From the NCBI GenBank assembly GCA_010015805.1, contig ML978125.1:1488001-1552000 (forward strand): a DNA stretch of 64,000 bases. The letters are read 5' to 3'. Positions 36,484 to 49,013 of this stretch are shown in pieces. The notes below the pieces were generated by a model. It worked only from the letters and a program-made list of their open reading frames with translations, was not told the DNA's origin and did not search any database. A program made the translations under genes and the position numbers. Numbering within the stretch: the stretch's first letter is position 1; each line of letters begins with the position of its first letter. Source of the stretch: Rhizodiscina lignyota (taxonomy: Eukaryota).

Positions 36484-38567
36484 TCACTGCTGCATGAATA
36501 GAGGCTCGAGATGAACTGCAGTAGGCATACCCTGCTGCTGAGAATTGAAATAGAGAGATGCGCTGTCTATACCGCACGTCTGAGGTGGGTTGTAGACATT
36601 GAAAAAATCGGTATTGTCGAATTGCGACACCGCGAAGTCATTGGAGTAGGACACTCCGTCAGCTTCGACGATGTAGGGACCAGTGACAGGTTGGTTGCTG
36701 ACAGGTTGGTTGCTGACAGGTTGGAGGTTCGTGCCGGCACTTCGCGGATCTTGGAATTGAGTCGGCATTGGGGTGCTGAAGGTGGAGGTCGGGGCAGATG
36801 TTGATAGATTGTTCATCGCATACTGCCCGTCGAACTCTTCCGAGTCGTCAAACGGAACGACAGAATCAGGGAGGACCTCCTCTTCAACTTCTTTGATCCA
36901 CCCCTGCTCTTTCAACTCCTCAATGCTGGGCGTGTCACCACCAGACTTGCCACCTTTCTTTTCGTCATCAGGAATCGGCGCACCTCTTCTTCTTCGGCCG
37001 CGACCATGGCCCTTGTCTCGTTTGTTGAAATGTAACCGGCGCAAATGGGCCGCAAGGTTGTAGTATGCGTAGTATTTCTTCCCGTTACGGCAATGCTTGC
37101 AGTTTGCGAGCATCTTCTTGTCCTTCGAGACATCCACAGCAATCCAGCACTTGCGACTCGTGGCATGTTGACGTTGTATATGCCTTGTGAGCTCATGATC
37201 GCCACGGAAGCCGTCAGGATGATCGGAGCAGTGCGGACATAAGAGCTTGGGCTTTTGCGGCCGCCGGTATGGGGCGCGTGGGATGGAAGCAACAGAGCGC
37301 GTTGTTTTACCATCAGCTGACGGTATTCTGATCGGCATTGGATTCGACATGGCTAGCTGCGGCCGTGCAACATGCGAGGTTGGTTGGGGAAAGGAGACGC
37401 CACGGCGACGGAGTTGCGGTTTAGAGTCGTTCGATTGCGAAATCTGGCCGACATATGCACCCTCATGCTCAATGCGACGTTGCAATGTCGCGTCAGGCGC
37501 ATTGAGTGAGGAGATGTCTGAGTGAGGCTGGATAGATGGAGTTATTGGCGTTGACGAGGGACATAATGAAAGCGGCGACGAGACCGCACCACCATAAACA
37601 CCACTATCGAAATTTGCGTGATTGACGATATGTGAATGAGAATTAGCTGTCAAGTCGTTGGACTTCACAGCAGATGAATCATAATTGCTGAAGGGTGACT
37701 CTTCGGCAATGTGAAGATTAGAGAAAGAAGAGGCATTCGACTCAAGACGAAGCATGTTCATGTGACCACCTATGCTTGTTTGACGACTCATGTCGCTGTC
37801 AAGAGTTGTGGCTTGCGTCAAAGCACAGCTCTGTGGGGTAGGGGGGAAGTTGCAGTCTTCGAATTCTGCAGTCCACTGGCTCTGAGCCGAGGACGGTGAA
37901 GGTCGTGGGGCTTGCAAAGATGAAGCTCGTCCGCTTCCGTCAGTGACGAGATGGAGTTGCGGTGGATATTGCTGCGTCTCGCCCGACTCGCTCTGCATAT
38001 GCTCAACGAACGCAGCGGGCTCGAATTCTTGAACGTTTGTGTGGAACACAGCGTGGGTTGGACGAGCAGTAGTGTTCGATGTAGTCCAGGTGTAGTGACC
38101 ACCTTGCTCATCAACACACTCGTAGCCCGGGTCAGACTGTTGCGGAGCCTGTACGTTGTTGACGAATTGGGGCGAATATGAGGGCGCGTCGACTGGCGAG
38201 TAGGTATGGTTGCGTGACATGGAAGGTGCGGCTGGAGCAGACTGAACGGACATTCCTTCGTTTCTGCTCATATCATTACAATTTGAAGAGTCCTGCTGAG
38301 GTTAATTCGGAGTAGGAACTTGAGAGCCACTGGACTTACAGTAGTTTGAGCCTGAAAGAAGGCAGGCTGTGTGAAGCTTCGAGGGACGTGGGGTGCGTTT
38401 GATATAGTTGGAGCGTTCGCAACAAGAGAGCAGAGAACGTCATGCTCGTGGAGGCTCCAAAGAGTCATTCGCTGGTCCTCTGAAGTATTTGAATGATTTT
38501 GCCAGAATGTTTGCTTTGCCTGTTTCCAAGCTTCGATGAAGGGGTGATCTGACAGAAGGGTTGCCAT
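36484..38567 (-). CDS. Atypical zinc-finger protein resembling the KLAP1 (key lime pathogenicity) family
   Basis: CPHCSDHPDGFRGDHELTRH..H, CKHC..KKYYAYYNLAAHLRRLHF and GGKSGGD.P. One phase-0 intron (GTAAGT..CAGCAG, approx. 38293..38339) joins ORFs 38268-38567 and 36484-38271. Confidence 0.72.
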
Positions 38568-39615
38568 TACTGAAGGCTGAAGAAGATCAGGTACAATGCG
38601 AACTGCAGATCAGTCTGCAAACACACGCGCAGTAACAAAACGTTTGAAGTGATCTGCTGCGTGGCGAAGGATTATGAGGGATGGAAATAATGTTCAACGT
38701 CGCAAATGAAAGACGAGGATAGGTAGTGAAGCGATAAAGTTAAGGCGATGAGTGAGAAGTAGAGCAGAGGGCGGACAACGGCCGGATCGCCAGTTCATAA
38801 AACGTGGGAGACTCGCACCTAACCCTCACCCGGGCGTGATGGACGCCTGCTTTGCTGTCGCATCCTTCTTGACAGGCCTAGCTATTGGCTTTGGCTTGAT
38901 CAGGTGGATGATTGTCGCCCGGCTCGCGCTGATTGGGAGGCGCCTCGGGCGGAAGACGGCTCGAACAATGCTGTGGAGTCGGCGTGGAAGTGAGGCCACG
39001 AATGGCAGCGAGCCGAGCCTCAACCCCGGCCGCGACCACGCCAGCCCATTGATCCACCATGACGGCCGCCCTCTGCCTTACCAACGCCCGCGCTCACCGA
39101 TTCTAGTATTCGTGATAGGGATCGTCAGTCGCTTGAAACTCTTCCCGCAGCTTGACGCCTTCAGAATCCGGGGTCCCTCAGCCATTTACGCCCAGCCCTG
39201 ACGCTCTTCACCCCACCCGCCACGACAATCCGCCCACGCTTGCGCAATTGTTCATCATGTACGCCATATTTGGGCTCGAAAGCTGGAACAGCCAACTAAA
39301 TTTCCGACTTACGGGTTTTCGGGCCGCCTTCCACGCAAGTATCACAATTTTCTGCTTCATATGTATCATATCAAACGCCAACTTGATACATCAGGCCAGC
39401 CACTTTCGTGTGCGTCATTCCGCCACAACATAATACTTTTCCTGAACTTCGCCACTCTACAAGCATCTCTGCTCGTAAATGCGATATATCACAATGATCG
39501 TCCCCAACAGGTCTTGTTTCGTTCAAATCTCCATCATTCAATGAAAGAAAACTCTGCCATAAGGCTGTAGCCGACCCCATAGACGCATCGAGATCGCACT
39601 TCATCACAACGACCC

Positions 39616-40676
39616 TTACAACAGAAACGTCTGCGGCACCGGCGGTCCCCAAATGTGCAAATTATCAGGTCCAGCCTCAGAGCGGGCAATTGGCGTGGTT
39701 TCGTTGACCAAGTCTCCGTCCACTATCAACTGTCAGAAAAAAAACGTCATAATCGGACCATGAGGCTCACCGTAGTGTTCTAGAATGAATTTCGACGGGT
39801 CATACCTGTCCTTGTCGTCAGCGCATCAATTTACAACAAGCGAAGTTAGCGACAGGACGGTACGTACCAATAGTCGAAGATCTGGGAACCCAGGACATGT
39901 CTGCCAACTCCCCAGACAAGCTCATAGTTCTTCTCTCGTAGCCACTGGTGCCCAAGAGATTGAATATCAAAGTCGTGGACTTCAAAGCTGGAGTGGTGGA
40001 CATGGAATTTCGGTCCCTCGAAAAAGAAGAAGACATGATGGTCCACTTGTTCCATACCTCTGTCGAGGTGCATGAACACGCTGATGTCCTTCCCCTCATG
40101 AGAGATGAGATCGCTCGGCTTAAAATTGAAACGGCTAGTATAGAACTCGAGCGCCTTTGCAAAGTCCGTTACGCAACATCCAAAATGGCCAAGTTTGTGA
40201 ACTGGAGCTGGACCGTGTTTGAAGCGTTGCGTCTTGTTGACGGGACGATGCTTTGCTTCGGGGAAGTTGAAGTCGAGCTCAGGGAGATGTGCCAACATCT
40301 CTATTTCGGCCTGGCCGTACACAAGGTGGAATGGGAATCCGTCTACCGGGTCATAGAAAGTCACACGCTTGCCTCCCCCGGGTGCATCAAGATCGTGGAT
40401 CGCCGTCGCTTCTGGGAGTATCCTCGTTGCGAGCTCAAGGTCTTCCATGGAGTCGACCACGAAAGCAGCGCCTCCGAAGGCATCTTCATCCCCTTTGGTC
40501 CCACAGTATACAAAAGGCGCTGTGCCATAGCCTTTGTAGAAGATTTTATCAGATTGCTTGTCTGTCACCGTGAACCCAAAGTCCAGACAGAACTGATGAG
40601 CCTTATCAAGGTCTTTGTGTGTATAATACACATGCGCTATGCGTTTAAGGCTGATCTTGTCCTGGGCATGAGGCAT
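39616..40676 (-). CDS. VOC-superfamily extradiol ring-cleavage dioxygenase (trihydroxytoluene oxygenase-like)
   Basis: Two glyoxalase/VOC domains with HKLGHFG, HVHHSSFE and WGVGRHVLGSQIFDYW. Two 3' introns add YDPSKFILEHY-VDGDLVN..LHIWGPPVPQTFLL*. Confidence 0.88.
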
Positions 40677-41150
40677 CGCGCAGAAGACGGCAGGAAGAGG
40701 ATATGCAGTGTGAAGTGACTAATGTATTGCCAATCCATCAGATGCTTCAGAGAATTCTCCATTTGATATGTCCCTTCGTTGAACCCGCGGAACACCGTGT
40801 ATCACCTAAACAATTCGTCAACTGGTGTCATCTTCGCCCTTTCTTCCTACAATTGAGTTCCCCGCAAAGATGTTGATGCGGAGATATGCCGAAAGCGGGC
40901 GAATTTCGACCTATTCCAGATTGCACGGCAAAACAGATGTGCCGTCATGGGTCCTTCTTCCTAAGATGGTCGTTGGTGACATGCATCGCTATACGCTATC
41001 ATTTGCGAGAGCAGGGAGGGCCTTGAATTGGCTCCTCCACCAATTTTATCTCTGGGGCTGAAACTTGGTGGGGGAACTCAAGCTGTGGGGTCCCGTTTGC
41101 TGTGGCCACGCGACTTCGTTATTATTTTGAAGGCATGGCTGCCACGAGCA

Positions 41151-41179
41151 TTTCGCGGAAGGAGCGCACTTCCGCGGAA
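41151..41179. promoter_or_regulatory. Candidate Zn2Cys6 binding sites (TTTCGCGGAA and palindromic TTCCGCGGAA) in a divergent promoter
   Basis: CGG-containing elements at 41151-41160 and 41170-41179, with a related CCGCGGAA at 40785-40792. Confidence 0.4.
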
Positions 41180-41417
41180 AGAAGATATCTCCAATAGCCC
41201 TCTTCGGCCGCCTCTGTGCGTCGAATACACCAGTCAGGCGACCTCCCGGCTACGCTCTAACGTGAGAGCAAACTGAGTTTGTCAGTGATTATCAAACTAT
41301 TTTCGCCCACATAGATCGTCATTTACTGCCAGAAAGGGCAGCTCTAAGGAACTTGGGTACTTCATCGCTTCATGATATATTCTGTGCGTTCGGTCACTGA
41401 ATGTAGCCCCAGCAAAC

Positions 41418-43437
41418 ATGGCTTCAACAACAGAGGGAGAGACTGTGAAGACGGAGCTCCTCATTGTCGGAGCTGGCCCAGCGGGCGCATCGCTGGCCTG
41501 CTTCTTGGCCTCTCATGGTTGGTTGCTCTGCAGGAGAAGCTCCACGAGTGGCTAATGTAGCGACAGGCCTGAAAGGCATAATGATCGCGGCCACTTCAGG
41601 CACATCAGAGACTCCAAGAGCTCATATAACCAACATGGCTGGACTTGGTACAGTTGTTCCAAATTAAAGAGATTAAAAAATCTTCGATACTGACATGAGA
41701 CGATAGAGACTCTGAGAGACATTGGCCTGGACGAACAATGCATCCAAGCTGCGACTCACGGCGAGAACATGGTGCACACGCGCTGGTGCAATACCATGGC
41801 CGGCGAGGAATATGCTCGTATTTATTCGTGGGGAAACGATCCCGCTCGAAAGGTGCGAAGCAATCAATTCGACGCATTCATATCAATTCCACTTTATTGA
41901 TATGTCGATTAGGGTGACTATGAAGCCGCAAGTCCATGCGATCATGTCGATCTGCCTCAGACGGAACTCGAACCCATTCTCACCAGACGCGCTATCCACG
42001 GAGGCTGGACCATGCGATTCAATACGGAATTTGTGCGCTTTTCTAGACCATCTCCGGACGTCGTCATCAGCGAGGTCCGCGACCGTGTCACAAACCACAC
42101 GTACAAGATCCAATCCCGTTTCCTCTTCGGTTGCGACGGCGCTCGCAGCCAGGTCGTCCGCGAGCTCAAGATCCCGCTGATCAAGAAGCCTGGCCAAGGA
42201 CTTGCTCTCAATGTGCTTGCTAAAGTGGATTTGTCCAAAGTCGTTGAGAATCGCATGGGCAATCTGCACTGGGTGTTCCGGCCAGAAAGAGAATACCCCA
42301 TATGGGGTTGGTCGCTAGTTCTACGGATGGTGCGGCCGTGGAAGGAGTGGATGTTCATATTCCTCCCACCTCCATGGGCTGATGTGACCGTTGATGCCAT
42401 GAATCCGACCCACGAAGAGTGCATCGCCCGAATTAAAGAATTAATTGGAGATGATTCGTTGCCGGTGGAGATTATGGATATGAGCAAGTGGTGGATTAAC
42501 GAAACCGTCGCAGAATACTACTCGGACGGTAATATGTGGGTGTGCCTGCTTTCAAACAGTGGCTCTAGTCCAGGCAACTGATACTCGTGTCCTCAGATTC
42601 TGTTTCGGCGATGCTACGCACCGACATCCTCCATTCAACGGCCTTGGATCCAATACCTGCTTGCAAGACGCCTTCAACTTGGCCTGGAAAATCTCATATG
42701 TAATGTCCGGTCGTGCTGGTCCAGAGCTGCTCGACTCCTTCAACGTCGAAAGACAGCCAGTTGGAGTCGATGTAATCACACGCGCTAATCAAGGCCTTCG
42801 GGATCACGCACTGTGGTTAGAGGCCATCGGTATGATGGAGGATGACGTGGAGAAACGGAAGAAAATCCTTGCAGAGTTCGATGATCCTGGCGAGAAGGGG
42901 AAAAGGAAGAGAGAGGCATTCCAAAAGGGCATCGAGAATACTGCTACCGAATTCCATGGACTGGGCATTGAAATGAACCAGCGGTACTTTTCAAAAGCTG
43001 TCTACGCAGCCGATGAACCTTCTCCGATGCCACCGCCTCCGGAAGACAAAGTGCGGGAGCATCAGATCACGACTTATCCTGGGAAACGGCTGCCGCACGC
43101 ATGGCTAAATACACGCTTACCTGGCAAGCCATTCTCAACTATTGATCTCGCCGGTCACGGCTGCTTTTGTCTTTTCACTGGACCGAGTGGAATGGCATGG
43201 AAAGATGCTGCATCCAATGTCTCAAAGCGTTTGGGAGTAGAGATCAGAGCCTACAACATCGGTTGGAAAGGGGATTACGAGGACGTGTACTTTGATTGGG
43301 CGAGAAGGAGGGAGGTTGACGAAGATGGCTGCGTGCTTGCTCGGCCGGATCGTTTCGTAGCTTGGAGGTCAAAGAGCATGATCCGGAATTGCGACGTGAA
43401 ACTGGAACAAGTTATGAAGAGCATTCTGGCATTGTAG
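41418..43437 (+). CDS. FAD-dependent phenol monooxygenase (PheA/TfdB family), 4 introns
   Basis: LLIVGAGPAG (FAD binding), TPRAHITN, DLPQT, FGCDGARS, GDATHRHPPFNGLGSNT..QDAFNLAWK, PGKRLPHAWL and LARPDRFVAWR. Confidence 0.92.
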
Positions 43438-43854
43438 ATAAGCGTGCTCGAGGGTAACAAAATTATTGGCCGCAGCTTTCAAGGCACTGAGCATCTGTTG
43501 TACATAACCTTTGCTAGCAATTTAGCGCGCAAGTTTTTCAATGTTGCGCTATTGTGAAATACACTTCAACATAGAACCAAGCTTTCGGAGGTAATTTCAT
43601 CTGCTTTGCAGTGCGAGAGGAACATACCATGAAGTGTTACAGTTTGCTCAGCTACCAGGTACTTTATCATTCTCGACACACGGCACAAAAAAGGCAAGCG
43701 ACTACGCGAATGCACAATGTTGTCTTGGCCAAGAAATTTGATTCTCAAACGAGCGTATGGTTACTGAAATAGCACTTAGTGTCAAACTAGAATCTCCCCA
43801 AGCCCCTCGGGCGAATTATCGAAGACAACATTTGCCCGCGCCTCATTGATCTTC

Positions 43855-44148
43855 TCACTTCTGTCCGCTTTGCTGGCCTTGCTGGCCCTGAGTTCCACCG
43901 GTGCCAGCTCCAGAAGAAGCTGCGTCGTTCTGGTTCTCATCATCGGCGCTTTGTGCACGAGCTGCAAAGCCACTGGAAGACATGTCCTTGTCGCCTTGGG
44001 CCTGGGAGAATATTAGCTTGAACAGATAGTCAAGAGGGAGAGATAATCGCTCCGCGTCGCTGCTCACCTGCGCAGACTGGATTCGGCTCGAGTCGTCTTT
44101 TGTCGTCGGAGTCTTCTGATCCCACCGAGTTGTTTTCTTGTCTGCCAT
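43855..44148 (-). CDS. Small hydrophilic SMP/LEA-like stress protein
   Basis: MADKK..TKDDSSRIQSAQ, intron (GTGAGC..GCTAAT..CCAG), then AQGDKDMSSSGFAARAQSA. TATAAA box at approx. 44267 on the minus strand. Confidence 0.65.
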   Translation of the reverse strand: MADKKTTRWDQKTPTTKDDSSRIQSAQVSSDAERLSLPLDYLFKLIFSQAQGDKDMSSSGFAARAQSADDENQNDAASSGAGTGGTQGQQGQQSGQK

Positions 44149-45146
44149 TGTTGTATCTTCCACGATTGTATTGAATTTTGAGAGGAGAATGTGTTCTGCC
44201 GCAAATTGAGGTTCGTCGAGATGCAGATGTGGTCTACTCCACAAAGACGAGAGAAGGAATGCTCCTTTTATATTCAAATTGAGAGTGGCATACTCATGAG
44301 AGATATTGAACGCAAACTTCATACTCCAGCTCTGTGGTATCCGAAGACCCCAGGCAAACAATAACGAATTCAACTTAAGCAACTGAAATCATTTGTGAAG
44401 ACATTTGCTCCAATAACTCGGAACTTAAAATATTAAATGGACTGCAAGATTGCTTGCTTCAGTGGCATAAAGACATGTGCTATTCGGAAGTTCCCAATCG
44501 ATACATATCGCCAACTTTGAAGAAGCTGTTCCTAAGGCCAAACTCACACTTAGCATCGCATTCGTACAGAATAGAAGACTCCTCAACCTGCTGGGCAATT
44601 TGAGTGAAAAGGTGGTGTCGAGACTCCACTTGGACATCGCAGTAGCTGCCGCAGTTTGTTTGTGCGAGGAAGCGAACTCTTTTGATCAACTGCTCATTGA
44701 GGACGGCTTGAGATAGTCATGAGTTCCCATACTCGAGAAGTGAAAACAAGCAAGAGATCATTTGCCGTAAATTATCACACCTCGGCCCTATGGATTGGAA
44801 GATCAGTCTTGGAGCATAAATTTTGATAGAAGATAAACAATGGGCCGCAATTTTCTTGGTACCCCTAACCTTTTTCGGACTTCGAGGTGGAGATGCGGGG
44901 AAGCGAGGACGGCACCCTGCATGGCGGTCAATTTATGATTGGCCATCCTGAACCTTGATTAGGCCGCAATATCAAACCTCACTTCTTCCGATCACTACTC
45001 TTGAAGTTACACGAGATATATGAGAGTAGTACAGACTGCATCTTGAATTCTAATGGAGCAACCATAATAGCTTGCATCTATTATTCCATTTAGCGATACC
45101 CACACAGCCAATTACTGCACAGTTTGCGCTTTCGACTAATATCAAC

Positions 45147-46904
45147 ATGCTCGTCATTAGCGGATTTGCCGTCTTGCTAGCGGGTACTCTGCTCTACCTT
45201 TTATTGTTTGTTGGGAGGAGAGACCGAAGGCTGCCACCCGGTTTGTCGTTTCACCTAAACTCATAACAAGTAATAGCATCTCCACTTACAAATGACCAGG
45301 TCCACCGACGCTCCCAGTCATCGGCAACCTGCATCAGATTCCAACCCAGCGAGCTCACTTGACGTAAGCTTCTTCTGATCCGACTTAATTTCTTTCACTA
45401 ACCCGAGCGCACAGTTTCACAGAATGGGCAAAGAAGTATGGAGAGATTTTCTCACTCAAAGTCGGTCCGGGCAACGCCATTGTCATCACTTCGCCACGAC
45501 TCATCAAGCAGCTAGTCGATAAGAAGTCAAGCATCTACAGCAATCGACCGCCATCTTATGTTGGCAATGGCATCATTGCAAGGAACGATCATATCCTCAT
45601 CATGCAGTATTCAGACAGATGGCGGACCTGTCGGAAGTTAATCCACCAATACTTCATGGAGAAGATGGTGATAGAAAATCATTTGGCACTCGTAGATGCA
45701 GAGGCAGTACAGATGCTACGAGACTTTCTCGTTGTGCCGCAAAGGCACATGAGACACCCGAAACGATTTAGCAACAGCATTATCATGAGTCTTAGTAAGT
45801 CAAAAGCTCTGGCTGAAGTGGCTGCCACTCGTTTCTGACGAAGTTCAAGTTTATGGCGTCCGCACGCCGACAATTGAGACAGAGCACATGCAGAAGCTCT
45901 ACCATCTCATGGAGAACTGGTCCAAGGTCATGGAGCCAGGCAATGCACCACCTGTCGATATCATTCCATTCTTGAAATATGTCCCAGAGCGGCTCTTGGG
46001 CATGTGGCGGTCTCGTGCACAAGACGTCAGCAATGAGATGAACAAGCTCTATAACCAATGGTTGACTCATGTCAAGGAGCGCCGCGAGAGCTCTGGTAGT
46101 CGGGACTGTTTCCTCGATCGGGTACTGGACCAGGAAGAGAAGCTTGGGTTCGACGCGCATTCCATTTATTTCCTGTGTGGGACATTGATGGAAGGTGGAT
46201 CTGACACGACCAGCTCAATTGTCATAGCATTCGTGCACGCCATGACGAAGTGGCCCGAAATCCAGAAAAAGGCACAGACGCAGATTGACGAGGTCGTTGG
46301 CGAGGACAGATCTCCCACATGGGCGGATTACGACAAGCTTCCATATGTGGCCGGGTGCGTAAAGGAAGCAATGCGGTGGAGACCAGTGGTACCTCTCGCT
46401 TTTCCTCACGCACTCGCGGAGGACGACTGGGTCGACGGAATGTTGCTGCCAAAGGGCAGCGACGTCATCATCAATGCTTTCGGCATGCACCACGACGAGA
46501 AGAAATTCCCGAATCCGGAGAGGTTTGACCCAGATCATTACAAAGGCCAGACAGCACTAGCTTCCGAGCTCGCGAATGGCGACTGGGAGAACCGTGATCA
46601 CTACGGATACGGAAGTGGTCGGAGGCTCTGTCCTGGTATCCACCTCGCGGAAAGAAATCTGTTCCTGGCCATCTCCAAGTTACTCTGGGCGTTCAACATT
46701 GAAGCAGGTGTTGATGAAAATGGCGAGCGCATTGAGCCAGAAGTGAGCAATGAGAAAGCTTACAGCGCTGGATTCCTCGTCTGCGCCGAACCATACCCGT
46801 GCAACATTACTCCGAGGTCTGAAGAGAGAAGAGCAACGATTCTGAAAGAGTTCGACTCCGCGAACGCGGAGGTGTTCTCAAAGTTCGAGACCCCAAAAGC
46901 GTGA
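45147..46904 (+). CDS. Cytochrome P450 resembling CYP619 (PatH/PatI m-cresol hydroxylase type), 3 introns
   Basis: Membrane anchor and PPGPP hinge, MQYSDRWR..RKLIHQYFME, HPKRFSNSI, I-helix EGGSDTT, EAMR (ExxR), and heme motif YGYGSGRRLCPG. Confidence 0.93.
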
Positions 46905-47345
46905 AAATATTTGCAAGTTACCTTCCTACGGACGGGGATCAGGCTGTACGATGACTCCAGGATTGATTAATAAAAATGATTGGATTGGCTCACTGATCTG
47001 TCGTTGATGGTGCGCCTCAAAGCTCGTCTTCCGCGTCCTCGAACTTGTGGTTGGGATGCTGTTTTAATGTGAACACTTTCTCTTCCACAGCCACTGTGCA
47101 CGTAGCTGAACGATAGTCTGAGCTGACAACAGCTCTTCCGTGACCCTAACCCTGGCTGGTGACACAACACATAAATTGGGCCGGTCGCTTATCTGCGATT
47201 TTACACGCGTACTTGAAGCATAATGTGACTTCTCTTGTAGTCAATGTACAGCGTTGCGCACGAGTTCTGCACGGTTGACTTGATGTCCCACAGACTTCTC
47301 AATGCTCCTGAGCTTTAGAGTTAATTTGTTCTATCACCAGCACGC

Positions 47346-49013
47346 TCATGTTTCGATCTGACCTGACATTGACCGCCATTTGGCATATCGAAATATCGCT
47401 GGTTGCAGAACAGGCTCCATATCTCCAAAGCTGTAGATGCCTAACATGATGCCACAAAAGGCCATTCCAACCAGAGGTCCCTGTGTCATGGTCGCCATAT
47501 TGATCTGAGCAACGTATTCCAAGTCCTCATTGCTCTCAAATTCCCTGAATCCGATCTTGTACCCTCGAGCATTACACAGAATGCTGAAGAGAAGCGCCCC
47601 GGAGCTGTGCACGAGGTCTCGTCTTGTGGTCTTGAAATTTCCCTTGCCATCAACTGGTGTTGTCACGACCAGCTCACGCCGGTCAGGACTGGGTCTCCGA
47701 AGTCCAATTGTTGCATAACAGTACTCGTGATGCCAGAGGATAGCGCCAGCTTCCCAGCGTGGGTTGGAGCGATTGAAGTCCATCTCCGTTGAAAACACGC
47801 CTTCCAGGTCTGATTGCTTTCGCAAGAGCATCGATGAGTTTTCCGCTGATCCCGGGGGATAGCTCCCACCCATCAGCTCAAGACCTCCAGACGAGAATGA
47901 CCAATAGCGCTTCAAGGGTGTCTTATTATGGTACCAGCCGAGCTCAAGCTCCGGGCCTGAGAAAGTGTCTTCCCAGTCTTGGTTGATGCTCAGCTCATAC
48001 GTGCCAGGCGATGGCACTCCTTCGAGAGAGACATTCCGACGGTGGTTGAAAACTGGCCAGTTGTCCTCCCAAGTGACAGGAACCAGGTACGTCTCTCTAC
48101 CAAAAGGGCTGAATGTTTGGAGCCTTCCGTCTGCTATCGTGACTGGCCTTACACCAAGAAGCACTGCCCACCAATGGCCATTTGCGTCTTCCAGCACATC
48201 AGCATGTCCGGTGCATTGAACACGCTCTGTGCCATTGTTATACCACAATGGCTGGCCCTCACTTCCAGGTCGCTCTTCCCAGGGACCAAATGGTCCGTGA
48301 GTGCTCCGAAAACACCACTCAGTGTGTCCGCTCTCAGTACCACCTTCTGCCGTGAGCAGGAAGTAGAAGTGTCCATATTTGAAGATATGGCTGCCTTCGC
48401 TGACTCCAGGGGAAACGGAGCTAGATCTGATCATCTTCGGAGGGGTCAAAGACGCTCCAGAGCCCAGGTCTACTCTTGATATATGGATTGCAAAATTCTT
48501 TGGAAACTCCCTTCGGTATGACACATCATCCTCATGCATTCGGTATGTTGTAGAGAGATATACGGAGCCATCGTCATCCCAGAAGAGGTCCTGGTCGAAG
48601 CCTGGCTGATCAAAGTAAATCGGATCTGACCATGAGCTCGAGTCCCAAATATTATCCGTCCACACAAAGAAACCGCGAGGCCAGACACGGTCATCGGCTT
48701 GTGGTCTGTATCGATCCCATTTGCATGTGCATATGTACCATCTTCCGTTCTTATGCCGGATTGTACTTGCCCAGATACCGCCGCCAGGTTCACATGTCCG
48801 GAGATCCAGTTGCGGCCGCCGCGTCAGCGCGTGTCCTACAAGACGCCATGATATCAGATCTGTCGAGTGGTAGATTGGGATACCCGGGAAGTACTCGAAC
48901 GACGACGTTATAAGGAAGATGTCGTTCCCTTTGCGAGCCCAGGAGGGATCGGGGTTGAACCCCGTAAGTATGGGATTTCTATACGGTCGAAGTTTGTGAG
49001 TATCTGCTGCCAT
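47346..49013 (-). CDS. GH43 beta-xylosidase/alpha-L-arabinofuranosidase, no signal peptide
   Basis: NPILTGFNPDPS (Asp), SSFEYFPG, GIWAS, FDQDLFWDDDG (Asp), SEGSHIFK (Glu), TGHAD and GRETYL, plus a C-terminal beta-sandwich. Intronless. Confidence 0.92.
   Translation of the reverse strand: MAADTHKLRPYRNPILTGFNPDPSWARKGNDIFLITSSFEYFPGIPIYHSTDLISWRLVGHALTRRPQLDLRTCEPGGGIWASTIRHKNGRWYICTCKWDRYRPQADDRVWPRGFFVWTDNIWDSSSWSDPIYFDQPGFDQDLFWDDDGSVYLSTTYRMHEDDVSYRREFPKNFAIHISRVDLGSGASLTPPKMIRSSSVSPGVSEGSHIFKYGHFYFLLTAEGGTESGHTEWCFRSTHGPFGPWEERPGSEGQPLWYNNGTERVQCTGHADVLEDANGHWWAVLLGVRPVTIADGRLQTFSPFGRETYLVPVTWEDNWPVFNHRRNVSLEGVPSPGTYELSINQDWEDTFSGPELELGWYHNKTPLKRYWSFSSGGLELMGGSYPPGSAENSSMLLRKQSDLEGVFSTEMDFNRSNPRWEAGAILWHHEYCYATIGLRRPSPDRRELVVTTPVDGKGNFKTTRRDLVHSSGALLFSILCNARGYKIGFREFESNEDLEYVAQINMATMTQGPLVGMAFCGIMLGIYSFGDMEPVLQPAIFRYAKWRSMSGQIET

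Noticed and set aside
36684..36722. 15 bp tandem repeat (QPVSN), and the GGTTTP repeats at approx. 17920-18040
   Set aside because: Ordinary in-frame coding micro-duplications with no spacer structure; not CRISPR-like.
44425..44716. Overlapping 70-80 aa ORFs inside the aromatic cluster
   Set aside because: No recognisable domain, start context or splice structure.
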